DNA of 64,000 nucleotides, taken from positions 2,176,001-2,240,000 of the forward strand of contig OZ242296.1 of the NCBI GenBank assembly GCA_965207735.1, in the 5' to 3' direction. Under the pieces are notes generated by a model that worked only from the letters and a program-made list of their open reading frames with translations, was not told the DNA's origin and ran no database searches. Both the position numbers and the translations under genes were made by a program. Positions 29,276 through 39,971 of the stretch are shown here, one piece after another (within the stretch, counting starts at the first letter, position 1; each line of letters opens with the position of its first letter). Source of the stretch: Candidatus Versatilivorator sp. GTDB lineage: Bacteria; Acidobacteriota; Terriglobia; Versatilivoradales; Versatilivoraceae.

Positions 29276-31026
29276 CCCCTCAACGCGATTCCAGGGTCGA
29301 CCCCATTACCCTGGGCTTGATCCGAAACACTCTCAGCAGCGTCGCCGACGAAATGGCCAACACCGTGATCCGGACAGCCTACTCCACGGTGATTCGAGAC
29401 TGCATGGATTTTTCCACGGCCCTGTGCGACCGCGAAGGCCGGATGATCTCCCAGGGGGTGACCATCCCCTTCCAGTTGGGATCCATTCCCTTCGCCCTGG
29501 CGTCCACCCTGAACAAGTACCGGGGCCGGGTGCGTCCGGGCGACGTGTTCATCATGAACGATCCCTTCGATGGAGGCATCCACCTGCCCGACATCTTCAT
29601 TTTTCAACCCGTCTTCCACCGGGATTCCCTGGTGGGTTTCTCGGCGGTGGTAGCCCACCACCTGGACGTCGGCGGACGGGTGCCGGGCAGCGCCGCCTGC
29701 GACAACACCGAGATCTTCCAGGAAGGGCTGCGCCTGCCGCCTCTGAAGCTCTACGAGGAAGGCCGCCCCTCGGAAAGCATCTTTCAGATCCTGGAGAAGA
29801 ACGTCCGCGTCCCGGTGATGACCCTGGGAGACATCCGGGCCAAGCTCTCGGCCTGCAAGACCGGCGAGAAGGGCCTGCTCAAGCTGGTGGACCGCTACGG
29901 GTCCGAGGTCCTGGACCGCTACTACGAAGAGCTCCTGGATCTGACCGAGAGGGTGGTGCGGGCCGAGATCCGTTCCTGGCCCGACGGGGAATATGTCTTC
30001 GAGGATTACCTGGACAACGACGGAGTGGACGCGGGGACCATTCCGCTCAAGGTCAAGCTGGGCGTGCGGGGGGACTGCCTGGAAATCGACTTTACCGGGA
30101 GCAGCCCCCAGGTGAAGGGCGGCATCAACTCGCCCTTCCCCTTCACCGTCTCCTGCTGCGGGTACGCGGTGCGCTCCATGATGCGGGCCGACATCCCCAA
30201 CACCTCGGGTTTCTTCCGACCCCTGGAGGTCATCGCCCCGGAGGGCTCCATCCTGAACCCGGTCATGCCGGCCGCCTCCAGCATGCGGGGCGTGGTGGGC
30301 TTCCGCCTGTCGGACGCCCTGTTCGGCGCCCTGGCCCAGGTGCTGCCCGACCGGGTGCCGGCCGCGGGCGAGGGAGGCAACTCCCTGATCGTGATCGGCG
30401 GCTACCGCAAGGGACGGGATCCCTTCGTCATGTTCGACCTGGTGGCCGGGACCTGGGGCGCCCGTCCCAACAAGGACGGCAACGACGGCCTGACCAACCC
30501 CGGGGCCGTCATCTCCAACATCCCGGCCGAGCTGATGGAGCTGGAATACCCGGTGCGGCTGGAACAGTACGCCCTGGCCGCTGACAGCGGCGGGGCCGGC
30601 CGCTACCGGGGCGGCCTGGCCGTGGTCCGGGACTGGCGCTACCTGGGGGAGGAACCGGCCAACCTGACCATCCGCTCCGACCGCCGGGAGCATCTGCCCT
30701 TTGGCCTCTACGGCGGCCAGCCCGGATCGGGCTCCATGAGCATCCTGAATCCGGGGCGGGAGGACCAACGCACCCTCCCCACCATGGTGACCGAGACCAT
30801 GCAGCCGGGGGAGCTCATCCGTCACATCCAGCCCGGAGGCGGCGGCTGGGGGGACGCCATGATCCGGGACCCGGAAGCCGTCCGCCAGGACGTCCTGGAC
30901 GGCAAGGTGTCCGCCGAGGCGGCCAGGGAGTCCTACGGGGTGGTCCTGCGTCCGGGAAGCCTGGAGATCGACCGGGAAGCCACCCGCAAGCGACGCGAGG
31001 GGATCCGCGAAGGGCGTGACGGCTAA
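29272..31026 (+). CDS. Hydantoinase B/oxoprolinase family subunit
   Basis: RTAYS, NDPFDGGIHLPD, HHLDVGG, DSGGAGRYRGG, PGGGGWG; ATGA overlap. Confidence 0.93.
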   Translation: MTPQRDSRVDPITLGLIRNTLSSVADEMANTVIRTAYSTVIRDCMDFSTALCDREGRMISQGVTIPFQLGSIPFALASTLNKYRGRVRPGDVFIMNDPFDGGIHLPDIFIFQPVFHRDSLVGFSAVVAHHLDVGGRVPGSAACDNTEIFQEGLRLPPLKLYEEGRPSESIFQILEKNVRVPVMTLGDIRAKLSACKTGEKGLLKLVDRYGSEVLDRYYEELLDLTERVVRAEIRSWPDGEYVFEDYLDNDGVDAGTIPLKVKLGVRGDCLEIDFTGSSPQVKGGINSPFPFTVSCCGYAVRSMMRADIPNTSGFFRPLEVIAPEGSILNPVMPAASSMRGVVGFRLSDALFGALAQVLPDRVPAAGEGGNSLIVIGGYRKGRDPFVMFDLVAGTWGARPNKDGNDGLTNPGAVISNIPAELMELEYPVRLEQYALAADSGGAGRYRGGLAVVRDWRYLGEEPANLTIRSDRREHLPFGLYGGQPGSGSMSILNPGREDQRTLPTMVTETMQPGELIRHIQPGGGGWGDAMIRDPEAVRQDVLDGKVSAEAARESYGVVLRPGSLEIDREATRKRREGIREGRDG

Positions 31027-31094
31027 AAAGGGCAATCCACGAAGGAAGTGTCGAGCCAAGCCGCGCGTCGCGGCCTGACACGCCCCGGCGTCCG

Positions 31095-31522
31095 CCCCCG
31101 ACCGCATCAGCCTTCGCCATTTGGCGCTGCCGTTCGGAGGCGCCGCGTTGGCCCCCCTCCGCATCAGCCTTCGCCATTCGGCTCGACTTCTGCGACTCCC
31201 CCACCGCAACCGACGCACGCCGGCGGTTACCGCTACGGCGCACAAGATCTCGCCTTTGGCTCGCCTTGTGCGAACCCCCCTCCGCATCAGCCTTCGCCAT
31301 TCGGCTCGGCTTCTGCGACTCCCCCTCAAGGGGGGAGTGATACCCGTGTTATGAAGAGGCAACGGAGTTAATGCGGTAGACCGGGAACATGGTTTACATC
31401 CTGCCCAGGAATCGCGCAATAAGCCCTCTACAGGCCACAGTATCACTCCCCCCTTGAGGGGGAGTCGGAGAGACAAGGGCGCAGCCCGCAGTCGATCCGG
31501 AGGGGGGCAGACTCGGCGCCCC
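31095..31522 (+). repeat. Repeat family A cluster
   Basis: Inverted counterpart of 10697-11072, with the same alternative spacer. Confidence 0.9.
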
Positions 31523-31586
31523 TTGAGTGCAGGGTAGCGGCGTGTGGGCGGTGTCGTTCTGGTAAGGCTGTGGGTTTCGGGACGGC

Positions 31587-31925
31587 GCTCTTGATTCGCC
31601 GCATTCGCGGCTGCGTTAGCGCGGAATTCATACGACCCCGGGCTCCCGCCCGGGGCTACACGAGGCCGCAGCTCCGCAGCTCTAAAAGGATGGCTTGTAG
31701 GGGACGTCTCGCCAGGTTACCGACTCCAACCGCAGCTTCGCAGCTCCCCCCAACCCACGACACTGCAAGCAGAAACGTGCTTTTTTTGGATAATGGCCCA
31801 GGGGTTCGAGTGGAGCGGTGTGGCCGGGATTGATGGTTCGCACCCGAGAAAACACCGCTCGTGCCGGCTTCCTTTTCGAGCGGCGAAGCCGCGGCAGCAG
31901 GTAGCCGTGGGCGTAAGCCCATGGA
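31587..31925. repeat. Family E (31587-31766) and family D (to 31925) repeats
   Basis: Homology to 26852-27033 and to 37940-38060. Confidence 0.75.
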
Positions 31926-32085
31926 TCAGGTTGGTGATCGAAGTTATTCCAGTAATTCAACAACGTCCCCTATTTGCGTCCTAAGTTGACGGCCCTGCGG
32001 ATGGACAGGATTTTTCTTTTGGACAATCCCAGGGCTTCCCGCCCGGCCACCCCCAACTAACCACTATCCACTATTCACTGCCGTT

Positions 32086-33258
32086 CTACGCCCGGTTGCC
32101 GCCGTAGGCGCCTTCAATCAGGTCGCCATGCTGGAACCGCGAAAGGGCGAAGCGGCCGATGTCCGCCGTGCGGGCCCGTCCGTTGACGATCTCCTCGGCC
32201 ATCAGCTCCCCTACGCCGGGGGCGATCTTGAAGCCGTGGCCGCTGAATCCGGCGCACATGTAGAACCCCCCGACACCCTCCACCTTTCCCAAAATGGGAT
32301 TCCAGTCGGGCGTCACGTCGTAGAGCCCGGTATAGGCGTCGATGGCCAGCGCCTTGTCGAAGGTGGGGAAACGCTGCAGGAACCGCTCGCGGGTCTCCCG
32401 GATGAAATCGGGAGCGGCCGACCGCTCGAAGCGGTCGGGGTCCACCTGCTGGTAGTCCTTGGGAAACCCGCGGCCCACCAGGGTGCGCGAAGACCAGTGG
32501 GGACGGTAGTAGATGGCCTTGGCCATGTCCGAAAACACCAGCCGGGGAGGACCGCCCACCTCGGCGGTCTCCAACAGGATCTCCTCCTCCCGGGTGACCT
32601 GGATGGGCGCCTCCACCCCGGCCCAGCCGGCCACCCTGCCGGCCCAGGGGCCGGCCGCGTTGACCACCACCTCGGTCGATATCTCTCCCTGCGCGGTGTG
32701 CACGCCGGCAATCCGCCCGCCCTCCACCCTCAGGCCCTCCACCGGGGTGAGGGGCAGCAGTTGCCCGCCCCGATCCTGGAAGCGCCCCGCGTAGGCGGCG
32801 GTGGTGGCATGGGGGTCGGCGTAGCCCGCCCCCGGTTCCCAGGCGATCCGGTCGACGCCGCTCAGATCGATCCGGGGCTCCATCTCCAGCAACTGGCGCC
32901 GGTCGATCTCGCGGGTATCGATGCCCAGTTGCCGCTGCATCTCCAGGTTGCGATCGAAGCCCTCCGAAACGTAATCGGGAACCAGAAAGGCCCAACCGCA
33001 GTTCACGAACCCCGGGCTTCCGCCGATCTCATCGTCGAAGTGGTGGAAGATCTGCACCGACCGCTTCACCAGCCGCACCAGGTCGGGATGGGAATAGTGC
33101 TGGCGGATGATGGCCGCCGATCGGCCCGTCCCTCCCGAGGCGATCAGCCCCTTCTCCAGCAAAATCACCTTCCGCAATCCGGCCTTGGCCAGGTTGTAGG
33201 CCGTGCTGGCGCCGTTGACTCCGGCCCCGATCACCACCGCGTCGGCTGTCCTGACCAT
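32086..33258 (-). CDS. FAD-dependent oxidoreductase, DAO/sarcosine oxidase beta family
   Basis: GAGVNG Rossmann motif, GTGRSAA, VVNAAGPW, TPD, GFSGHGFK. Confidence 0.9.
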   Translation of the reverse strand: MVRTADAVVIGAGVNGASTAYNLAKAGLRKVILLEKGLIASGGTGRSAAIIRQHYSHPDLVRLVKRSVQIFHHFDDEIGGSPGFVNCGWAFLVPDYVSEGFDRNLEMQRQLGIDTREIDRRQLLEMEPRIDLSGVDRIAWEPGAGYADPHATTAAYAGRFQDRGGQLLPLTPVEGLRVEGGRIAGVHTAQGEISTEVVVNAAGPWAGRVAGWAGVEAPIQVTREEEILLETAEVGGPPRLVFSDMAKAIYYRPHWSSRTLVGRGFPKDYQQVDPDRFERSAAPDFIRETRERFLQRFPTFDKALAIDAYTGLYDVTPDWNPILGKVEGVGGFYMCAGFSGHGFKIAPGVGELMAEEIVNGRARTADIGRFALSRFQHGDLIEGAYGGNRA

Positions 33259-33329
33259 GTTGCCCCCTGAAAGGATCCCTTGGTGTCCGCTTGCCGGTCA
33301 ACAAACTGGAAAGAGGATTTGGGATGCTT

Positions 33330-34703
33330 CTATGTGCGGAAGTGCCTGGCTACAACCTCCTCGAAGAATCTCCTGCCAATCTCCTCAATCTTACCCACGG
33401 ACGCACGGCCGCTTCTTTTTCGTTCGACAAACCGCTCTTTGGATATTTCGTACCCGATCTCAAGCAAGTCGGGAACATTCTGCGCCACCACATTCTCGAG
33501 TCGTTCGTAGTTGTATGAATTCTGGGGTTCCTCCCGCGCCACGTGAAGCGTTACTGAGCACCTTTCCCGCAACCTAAAGCTTCCATGTCCGAAGAAAAAA
33601 AGATACCGCGCCGATCGATCGGCCCTCCGAAAATCCACGCGAAGAAACCATGTACGCTTTGCAGATTCGCCACGGCTCAAAGCCAAATACTTTTCGAATT
33701 CAAGGCTGCCAAAGTCCTTGAAATAGACATTCCCGTATTCGGCCAATTCATTGAAGACTCCTACTGTCTGCCGAAGATAGCTCTTAAGGAGTTCCATCGC
33801 ATTCTTCCATACCTCGTACTCGTTTTGTGCACGAACTTTCTCCGGTTCAGTAAACTTCTGCGCCAGTGACTGAGCCCATTCTGTTTGTTCCTGCTGCTCT
33901 CGTGCGGCATGTTCGTACTCTTCCAGGCTTTCCTCCAAACATTCAGCAAGAAGAACTGTAAACGGTGTCAAATCCGACGCTTGAGATGCTTCCAGCGTGT
34001 CGTAATAACGAAGACGGTCTTCCTTAGATATAATCGCAATCGGATAGCCGTACCGCATAAGAAGCAAGTTCATAAGCAGACGCGCCACCCGACCGTTTCC
34101 GTCGACAAACGGATGGATGGTCACGAACCAAGTGTGTGCAACCGCTGCCGAAAGCAATCCCGCAACGCTGGCGAACGAATCATCGCTAGGTGTGCTCACG
34201 TTAGCCAACCAAAGACCGAAATCCCGCATGTGAGCGCCAACCGATTCAGGTGGAGATGGATCAAACTGCGAACCGCTGATCCTGACAGGAACCGATCTAT
34301 AAGCTCCTGCCGCGTCGCCCATGCCATCCAAAACCAGAGAATGGATTTGTCGAATATCATTCTCGACAATCGGATCGTGTGCCTGGCCGGCCAAGTCTTC
34401 CAAAAAATCGATAGCGTGAGAAAGATTGCGTGCTTCGGCCTGGTCCTTCAGGGGCTTGCCGGTGATGGTGAGACCCAACTCAACGACTTGACGGGTTTCC
34501 CCAACTCCCAAGACATTTCCTTCGATCGCGTTTGAGTGATAAATATTCTTGATTCGAAAATATTTCCGAATGCGGTAGAGAACCTCCGGAGACAGACTTC
34601 CTTCTCCTCGCATTCGCTTAACTCGATCCGAAAGATCGCGAAAGTACGAATATCTCGATTCGTCGCAGCTATAAGCAGTGTTTTCAATTTCACGATGGGC
34701 CAT
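33330..34703 (-). CDS. Fic-domain protein with extra C-terminal domain
   Basis: HPFVDGNGRVAR catalytic loop; SNAIEGN inhibitory-helix motif; visibly lower GC. Confidence 0.92.
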   Translation of the reverse strand: MAHREIENTAYSCDESRYSYFRDLSDRVKRMRGEGSLSPEVLYRIRKYFRIKNIYHSNAIEGNVLGVGETRQVVELGLTITGKPLKDQAEARNLSHAIDFLEDLAGQAHDPIVENDIRQIHSLVLDGMGDAAGAYRSVPVRISGSQFDPSPPESVGAHMRDFGLWLANVSTPSDDSFASVAGLLSAAVAHTWFVTIHPFVDGNGRVARLLMNLLLMRYGYPIAIISKEDRLRYYDTLEASQASDLTPFTVLLAECLEESLEEYEHAAREQQEQTEWAQSLAQKFTEPEKVRAQNEYEVWKNAMELLKSYLRQTVGVFNELAEYGNVYFKDFGSLEFEKYLALSRGESAKRTWFLRVDFRRADRSARYLFFFGHGSFRLRERCSVTLHVAREEPQNSYNYERLENVVAQNVPDLLEIGYEISKERFVERKRSGRASVGKIEEIGRRFFEEVVARHFRT

Positions 34704-34704
34704 G

Positions 34705-35391
34705 TCAGTTCTCTCTATTGGTCATGCCGACATCCAGGATGCCTCCCTGCCCCCGACCCAGAACCTCCTCGGCCAACTCCCGGTAGCCGGCGGCCCGCTG
34801 GCGGATGTCGGCGGCCGGCAGCAGGTCCCGGATGACGGCCACCGAGTCCACTCCCGACCGGAACAGCGTCGGGGCATTCTCCAGGGTGATCCCGCCGATG
34901 GCTACCAGTGGCTTGGAGACGCACTCCCGGATGGCTTGCAGCTCCTGCCGCTCCACCACCGGATCGGGATTTTCCTTGGTCCGGGTGGGAAAGACCGGCC
35001 CGATGGCCAGGTAGTCCGCCGGGCTGTCCTGGGCCTGGCGGGCCTGCTCCAGCCCGTGGGTGGAGAAGCCGATGATGGCCTCCTCGCCCAGAATCTTTCG
35101 GGCCTCGGCGACGGGCAGGTCCTCCTGCCCCAGGTGAACCCCGTCGGCCCCGCTGACCAAGGCCAGGTCGGCGCGGTCATTGACGATGACCTTCAGCCCC
35201 AGCGGCCGCGCCAGGGCCACCAGCCGGCGGCACTCCCGGAAAAGGTCCCCGGAAGAGAGCTGCTTGCCTCTCAACTGAACCCATTGCACCCCGGCATCGG
35301 CCAGCCCGGCCAGAACCGGTTCAAGCGGCCGCTGCAGCACCGCCAGGTCGATGATGGGGTAGAGCGGGAAAATGCGGGCTTGGGACGGCAT
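34705..35391 (-). CDS. thiE: Thiamine-phosphate synthase
   Basis: VQLRGK, IVNDRADLA, GVHLGQED, GFSTH, GPVFPTRTK, AIGGI. Confidence 0.95.
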   Translation of the reverse strand: MPSQARIFPLYPIIDLAVLQRPLEPVLAGLADAGVQWVQLRGKQLSSGDLFRECRRLVALARPLGLKVIVNDRADLALVSGADGVHLGQEDLPVAEARKILGEEAIIGFSTHGLEQARQAQDSPADYLAIGPVFPTRTKENPDPVVERQELQAIRECVSKPLVAIGGITLENAPTLFRSGVDSVAVIRDLLPAADIRQRAAGYRELAEEVLGRGQGGILDVGMTNREN

Positions 35392-35439
35392 GAGCCTGGA
35401 AGGAGCGCCCTGCTCTGCCCTAGTGGGCGTCCCGGCAGG

Positions 35440-36771
35440 TCAGGCGTAGCGCTCCATGAACCCGGTATCCAGGCGTCCGGCCAGGAAATCGGGTTCCTTC
35501 ATGATCCTCTGGTGCAGCGGAATGGAGGTTTGCACACCTTCAACGATGAACATCTCCAGGGCCCGCTCCATCCTGCGAACGGCTTCCGGGCGGCTGGGCG
35601 CGTGCACCACCAGCTTGGCGATCAAGGAGTCGTAGTAGGGGGAGATCTGACACTCGGAGTAAACGGCCGTGTCCACCCGCACCCCTGCGCCTCCCGGCAC
35701 ATGGAAGGTGGTGATCCTCCCCGGAGAGGGCCTGAAGGTCTCCGGATCCTCGGCATTGACGCGGCATTCGATGCTGTGGCCCCGCAGCCTGAGGGGTTCC
35801 TCCAGCTCCAGGGGCTCCCCGGCGGCCATCCGGATCTGCAGCTTGACCAGGTCCACGCCCGCGACCATCTCGGTGACGGGATGTTCCACCTGAATCCGGG
35901 TGTTCATCTCCATGAAATAGAAGTTGCGGTCCTCGTCCACCAGGAACTCCACCGTTCCGGCGCCGGAGTATCCCACCTCCGCCAGAGCCTCCTCCACCTG
36001 CCTGCCGATACTTTCCCGAATGTCCTCGTCCACGATCACCGAAGGCGATTCCTCGATCAGCTTCTGGTGGCGGCGTTGGATGGAGCACTCCCGCTCCCCG
36101 AAGTGAACTACCTTGCCGTGCCGGTCTCCCATCACCTGGAACTCGATGTGGCGCGGCTTTTCCAGATACTTCTCCAGGTAGAGGTCGGGCACCCCGAAGG
36201 CCAGCATGGCCTCATTCTCGGCGGTGGAGTAGGCAGTGGACAGCTCGCCGGGGCCGCGCACGATTCTCATGCCGCGCCCGCCGCCGCCGGCCGCGGCTTT
36301 GACGATGATGGGATAGCCGATTCCGGAGGCAACCTCCAGGGCCTGATCCAGCGACTCCAGGGCCCCCTGGCTTCCCGGCAGCACCGCCAGCCCGGCCTCG
36401 ACCATGCGGGCGCGGGCTCGGGCCTTGTCTCCCATGAGCCGGATCACCTGGGGCGAGGGTCCGACAAAGCGGACGTTGCAGGCTTCGCAGACGTCGGCGA
36501 AGTAGGCATTCTCGGCCAGGTAGCCGTAGCCCGGGTGGACGGCGTCCACGTCGGCGACCTCTGCCGCGCTGATGACGCTGGGGATGTTGAGGTAGCTCTC
36601 GGTGCTGCGTGCCGGACCCACGCAGACCGCCTCGTCGGCGAAGCGGACGTGCAGCGAGTCCCTGTCAGCCTCTGAAAAGATGGCCACCGATTTGATGCCC
36701 AGCTCTCGACAGGCGCAGATGACGCGTAGCGCGATCTCGCCACGATTGGCCACCAGGATTTTCTTGAACAT
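35440..36771 (-). CDS. accC: Biotin carboxylase
   Basis: [45 protein letters not shown]. Confidence 0.97.
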   Translation of the reverse strand: MFKKILVANRGEIALRVICACRELGIKSVAIFSEADRDSLHVRFADEAVCVGPARSTESYLNIPSVISAAEVADVDAVHPGYGYLAENAYFADVCEACNVRFVGPSPQVIRLMGDKARARARMVEAGLAVLPGSQGALESLDQALEVASGIGYPIIVKAAAGGGGRGMRIVRGPGELSTAYSTAENEAMLAFGVPDLYLEKYLEKPRHIEFQVMGDRHGKVVHFGERECSIQRRHQKLIEESPSVIVDEDIRESIGRQVEEALAEVGYSGAGTVEFLVDEDRNFYFMEMNTRIQVEHPVTEMVAGVDLVKLQIRMAAGEPLELEEPLRLRGHSIECRVNAEDPETFRPSPGRITTFHVPGGAGVRVDTAVYSECQISPYYDSLIAKLVVHAPSRPEAVRRMERALEMFIVEGVQTSIPLHQRIMKEPDFLAGRLDTGFMERYA

Positions 36772-36918
36772 GACGACTTCCGCGGTTCTGGGGCGGGTCC
36801 GACCCGCGTTTCCGGATTTGGAGGAAAGGCTCAGGCTGGAGGGAGAACCGGAGGACGTCCGACACGGTCCCGCGAGAGGACTCCGGACTGACCGCCGGCA
36901 CCCGATCCGGCCGGTCGA

Positions 36919-37383
36919 TCATCCCGTTCGGCGAATCCCGAAAAGCGCCTGGTTGTACTCCACGGGCTCGCCGTTGTTCACATAGATCTCGGCGACTTCA
37001 CCATCGGCATCCGAGGGGATCTCGTTCATCAGCTTCATGGCCTCGACGATGCACAAAATCTGTCCGGACCGCACCCGGTCGGCCACCTGGACGAAGGGGT
37101 CGGCGTCCGGTTTGGCCGAGCGGTAGAAGGTTCCCACCATCGGGGATCGAATCACGTGCAAGTCGGGCTCGGCGCCCGCGGGGGCTTCCGCGCCTGCCGC
37201 GGCCGGCTGCTCCGGGCCGATTCCGACGACGGAACTCTCCACCGTCACGGAGGGCGATCCGGCTTGGGATGAGGGGGCCTCCTTGCGGATTCTGATCTTG
37301 ACACCGGTCCGCTCCAGCTCCAGCTCGGTGATCCCGCTGTCGCAAACCGCCTGAATCAACTCCCTGATCTGTTCGATATTCAT
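36919..37383 (-). CDS. accB: Biotin carboxyl carrier protein
   Basis: [17 protein letters not shown]. Confidence 0.97.
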   Translation of the reverse strand: MNIEQIRELIQAVCDSGITELELERTGVKIRIRKEAPSSQAGSPSVTVESSVVGIGPEQPAAAGAEAPAGAEPDLHVIRSPMVGTFYRSAKPDADPFVQVADRVRSGQILCIVEAMKLMNEIPSDADGEVAEIYVNNGEPVEYNQALFGIRRTG

Positions 37384-37476
37384 CCGGTCGCTCCTCTTTC
37401 CTCCCGGCCGCCGGCACGGTACGGCCGCCGGCCCATCCGGCAGCGGCAGAGGCGGCCTTGGGCGGAATAGCGGCTA

Positions 37477-37505
37477 AGTATAGCCAGAGCCATCGGCAAT
37501 TACAA
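37477..37505 (-). promoter_or_regulatory. Putative sigma70 promoter of accB-accC-thiE
   Basis: Minus strand TTGTAA-17 nt-TATACT. Confidence 0.6.
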
Positions 37506-37626
37506 TCGGTTTCAGATTGACAGTGAACGGCTTAGACGGCAACTAACGGCCGGGGGTGCAATTGCGGGTTCCTCTCGCCTGGGGAGCGGTTCATCGGCCG
37601 GCGCCCATTGACGCCTGGGATGCCTT

Positions 37627-38272
37627 TCCATGGGCTTACGCCCACGGCTACCTGCTGCCGCCGCCTTCGCGGCTCGGGGTTGGGGGCATCGTTTTCCATG
37701 GGCTTACGCCCACGGCTACCTGCTGGCGCCGCCTTCGCGGCTCCGCTGGAACCCCCCGGCTCGCGCCCGGGGGACAATTCATCGAATAGTCGCCGGCCCC
37801 CAGCTTGTGTCGCATTTCGGCCAGTGCGCCGATTGATTGGCTGGGTTCCAAGACTCCATTGCCTCTTCAAATCTATCCCCCTTACCCTCGGGCCTTCCTG
37901 CTGTCGCCGCCTTCGCGGCTCGGCTTTGGGGCATCTCTTTCCATGGGCTTACGCCCACGGCTACCTGCTGCCGCCGCTACGCGGCTCTATAGGAAGGCCT
38001 GCATATGTGGCGTTTTCTCATGTGAGACACACCAATCCTGGCTATGCCACGCCCCCAAATCCCCAACTCGGCGGGGAACAAGATCTGAATAGAACTTGTA
38101 GCCCAAGAGAACCCGACACGTCCGAAGCGTAGCGATCTTAAGACTTGATCCTCCCTCGGGCGCCAGCCCGAGGGCATCGAGTGGAGCGGCGAAGACGCGG
38201 CAGCAGGTAGCCGTGGGCGTAAGCCCATGGAACAGGGAGTCTTAGCGTCGAGCCGCGTAGGCGGCGACAGCA
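37627..38272. repeat. Cluster of family D repeats
   Basis: CCATGGGCTTACGCCCACGGCTACCTGCTG at about 37628, 37696, 37941, and inverted at about 38200. Confidence 0.9.
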
Positions 38273-38273
38273 A

Positions 38274-38383
38274 TCAGCCTTGGTGCTCGGTCTCGAACAG
38301 GTAGCTAGGATCAAAGTTGATCCGATGTTCTTTCAATAACTCCAAGGTTTTTTCCGAAACGTCTTGGTCCAATGATGGACGAA
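38274..38383 (-). pseudogene. C-terminal remnant of IS200-type (Y1 HUH) TnpA
   Basis: HHWTKTFRKK / 1-nt frameshift / LELLKEHRINFDPSYLFETEHQG*; resembles the HH..KTF.EE...LL..H.I.YD..YL tail of this family. Confidence 0.65.
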
Positions 38384-38552
38384 TTCCCCCGGGGCGCACC
38401 CTCGGAGTTCGATCAGAGCGGCGAAGTCGTGGCAGCAGGTAGCCCCGGGCGGAAATCCCCGCTACCGAAGCCGCGTACGCGGCGAACTAATAGCGCTGTC
38501 CCAAGACCCACCACCCTTTCAAGAAAATGCCGGCCAACCCGGTCCGCCCCTT

Positions 38553-39971
38553 CTACAAGATCCTCGGCGAGAGGAAGAAGACCAGCTCGCGGGTTTCCCG
38601 GACCAGGGATCGATTGCGGAAGAGGGCGCCCACGATGGGAATTTCGCCCAGCCCGGGCACCTGGCCGCGGCTGTCCTGGCGGCTGTCGATCAGGATTCCT
38701 CCGATCGCCACCGTGCCTCCGTTGTTTACCAGGATAGTGGTGGTGGTCTGGTGGGTGTTGACAGTGGGAATCCCCTGGACCTGGCGGGAAAAATCGGGTG
38801 TGGAATTTTCGATGTCCACGCTCAGCAGGATGGCGTCCTGCCGGGTGATCTGGGGGGTCACGGTGAGGCGCAGCACGAAATCGATGAAGCGGGCCGAGAC
38901 GGTGTTGTTCACGGTGGTCTGGATCGGAATCTGGATCCCCTGCTTGACCACCCCTTCCACGTTGTTCTGGGTCAGGATCTTGGGCTTGGAGAGCAGCTTG
39001 GCGTTCCCCTTGCGCTCGGCGGCGGTGATGAGGGCGTCGAGGACGAAGTCGGCCGCCAGGCCTGCGGCAAGAGTGAGGGGGCGGGCGGCTGCGCCGGTTT
39101 GCAGGTCGAGGCTCAGCCGCGACCGCTGCTCCCCCGAGGCCGATTCTCCGCCGGAGGCGGGAGCATCCAGCAGCGGAAAGGGGCTGAAGGCCGGCGCCGA
39201 GCCCGATCCTTCCTGCTGCCCTGTCCGGGCCTGCCGCCCGTAGAGGGCGCTCCACTGGACCCCGATGTCCTGCAGGAAACTCCGGCTGGCAGCCACTACC
39301 CGGGCTTCGATCTCCACCTGGCGGACCTTGCGGTCCAGCTCCCGCAAGAGGGCGTCCACCGCCTCCAGCCTGGGCGGAATGTCCGAAACGACCAGGGCGT
39401 TGGTGCGTTCATCCACGATGATGTCTCCGCGGGGGGAGAGCGCCTTCTTGAGGATGGGGCTCAATTCCGCGGCCTTGGCGAAGCTGGGCCGGCGAATCCG
39501 CGTCTCCAGGTCGGCCGCCGCCACTCTGGCCTGGGCCAGCCGCTGTTGCTGCTGCTGTTCCGCCTCCAGGGTCGAGAGCCTGGAGATCCTGAGCACGTTG
39601 CCGCTCAAGTGCCTGGCCATGCCCTGGTTCTCCAGCACCACCTCCAGAGCCTGGTCCCAGGGCACCTCCTTGAGGAATAGGGTGAGGGACCCTTCCACGT
39701 CGGGGTCCAGGACGATGTTGAGGCCGCTGATGCCGCCGATGAGGCGAAAGAAGTCCTTGAGGTCGGCGTCCTTCAGCTGCAGCGAGATTCGTTCCCCGGA
39801 GTAGGCAACCTTCTCCGTGGAAGCCGGAGGCCGCGCTTCGGCGGCGGGCTCGGGTTTCGGCCCGCCGGACTCCTCCGCGCCACTCCAGCCCCATGGCCCA
39901 GCCGCCCCCTGCCAGCAAAGCCAGAGCCCGCAGCCCCACAGGGCCAGGCGAAGTCGGGATTCAGTTCGCAT
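38553..39971 (-). CDS. pilQ: Type IV pilus secretin, short form
   Basis: YSGERISLQLKDAD, VPWDQAL, DERTNAL, QVEIEARVV, VPGLGEIPIVGALF, ELVFFLSPRIL. Confidence 0.9.
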   Translation of the reverse strand: MRTESRLRLALWGCGLWLCWQGAAGPWGWSGAEESGGPKPEPAAEARPPASTEKVAYSGERISLQLKDADLKDFFRLIGGISGLNIVLDPDVEGSLTLFLKEVPWDQALEVVLENQGMARHLSGNVLRISRLSTLEAEQQQQQRLAQARVAAADLETRIRRPSFAKAAELSPILKKALSPRGDIIVDERTNALVVSDIPPRLEAVDALLRELDRKVRQVEIEARVVAASRSFLQDIGVQWSALYGRQARTGQQEGSGSAPAFSPFPLLDAPASGGESASGEQRSRLSLDLQTGAAARPLTLAAGLAADFVLDALITAAERKGNAKLLSKPKILTQNNVEGVVKQGIQIPIQTTVNNTVSARFIDFVLRLTVTPQITRQDAILLSVDIENSTPDFSRQVQGIPTVNTHQTTTTILVNNGGTVAIGGILIDSRQDSRGQVPGLGEIPIVGALFRNRSLVRETRELVFFLSPRIL

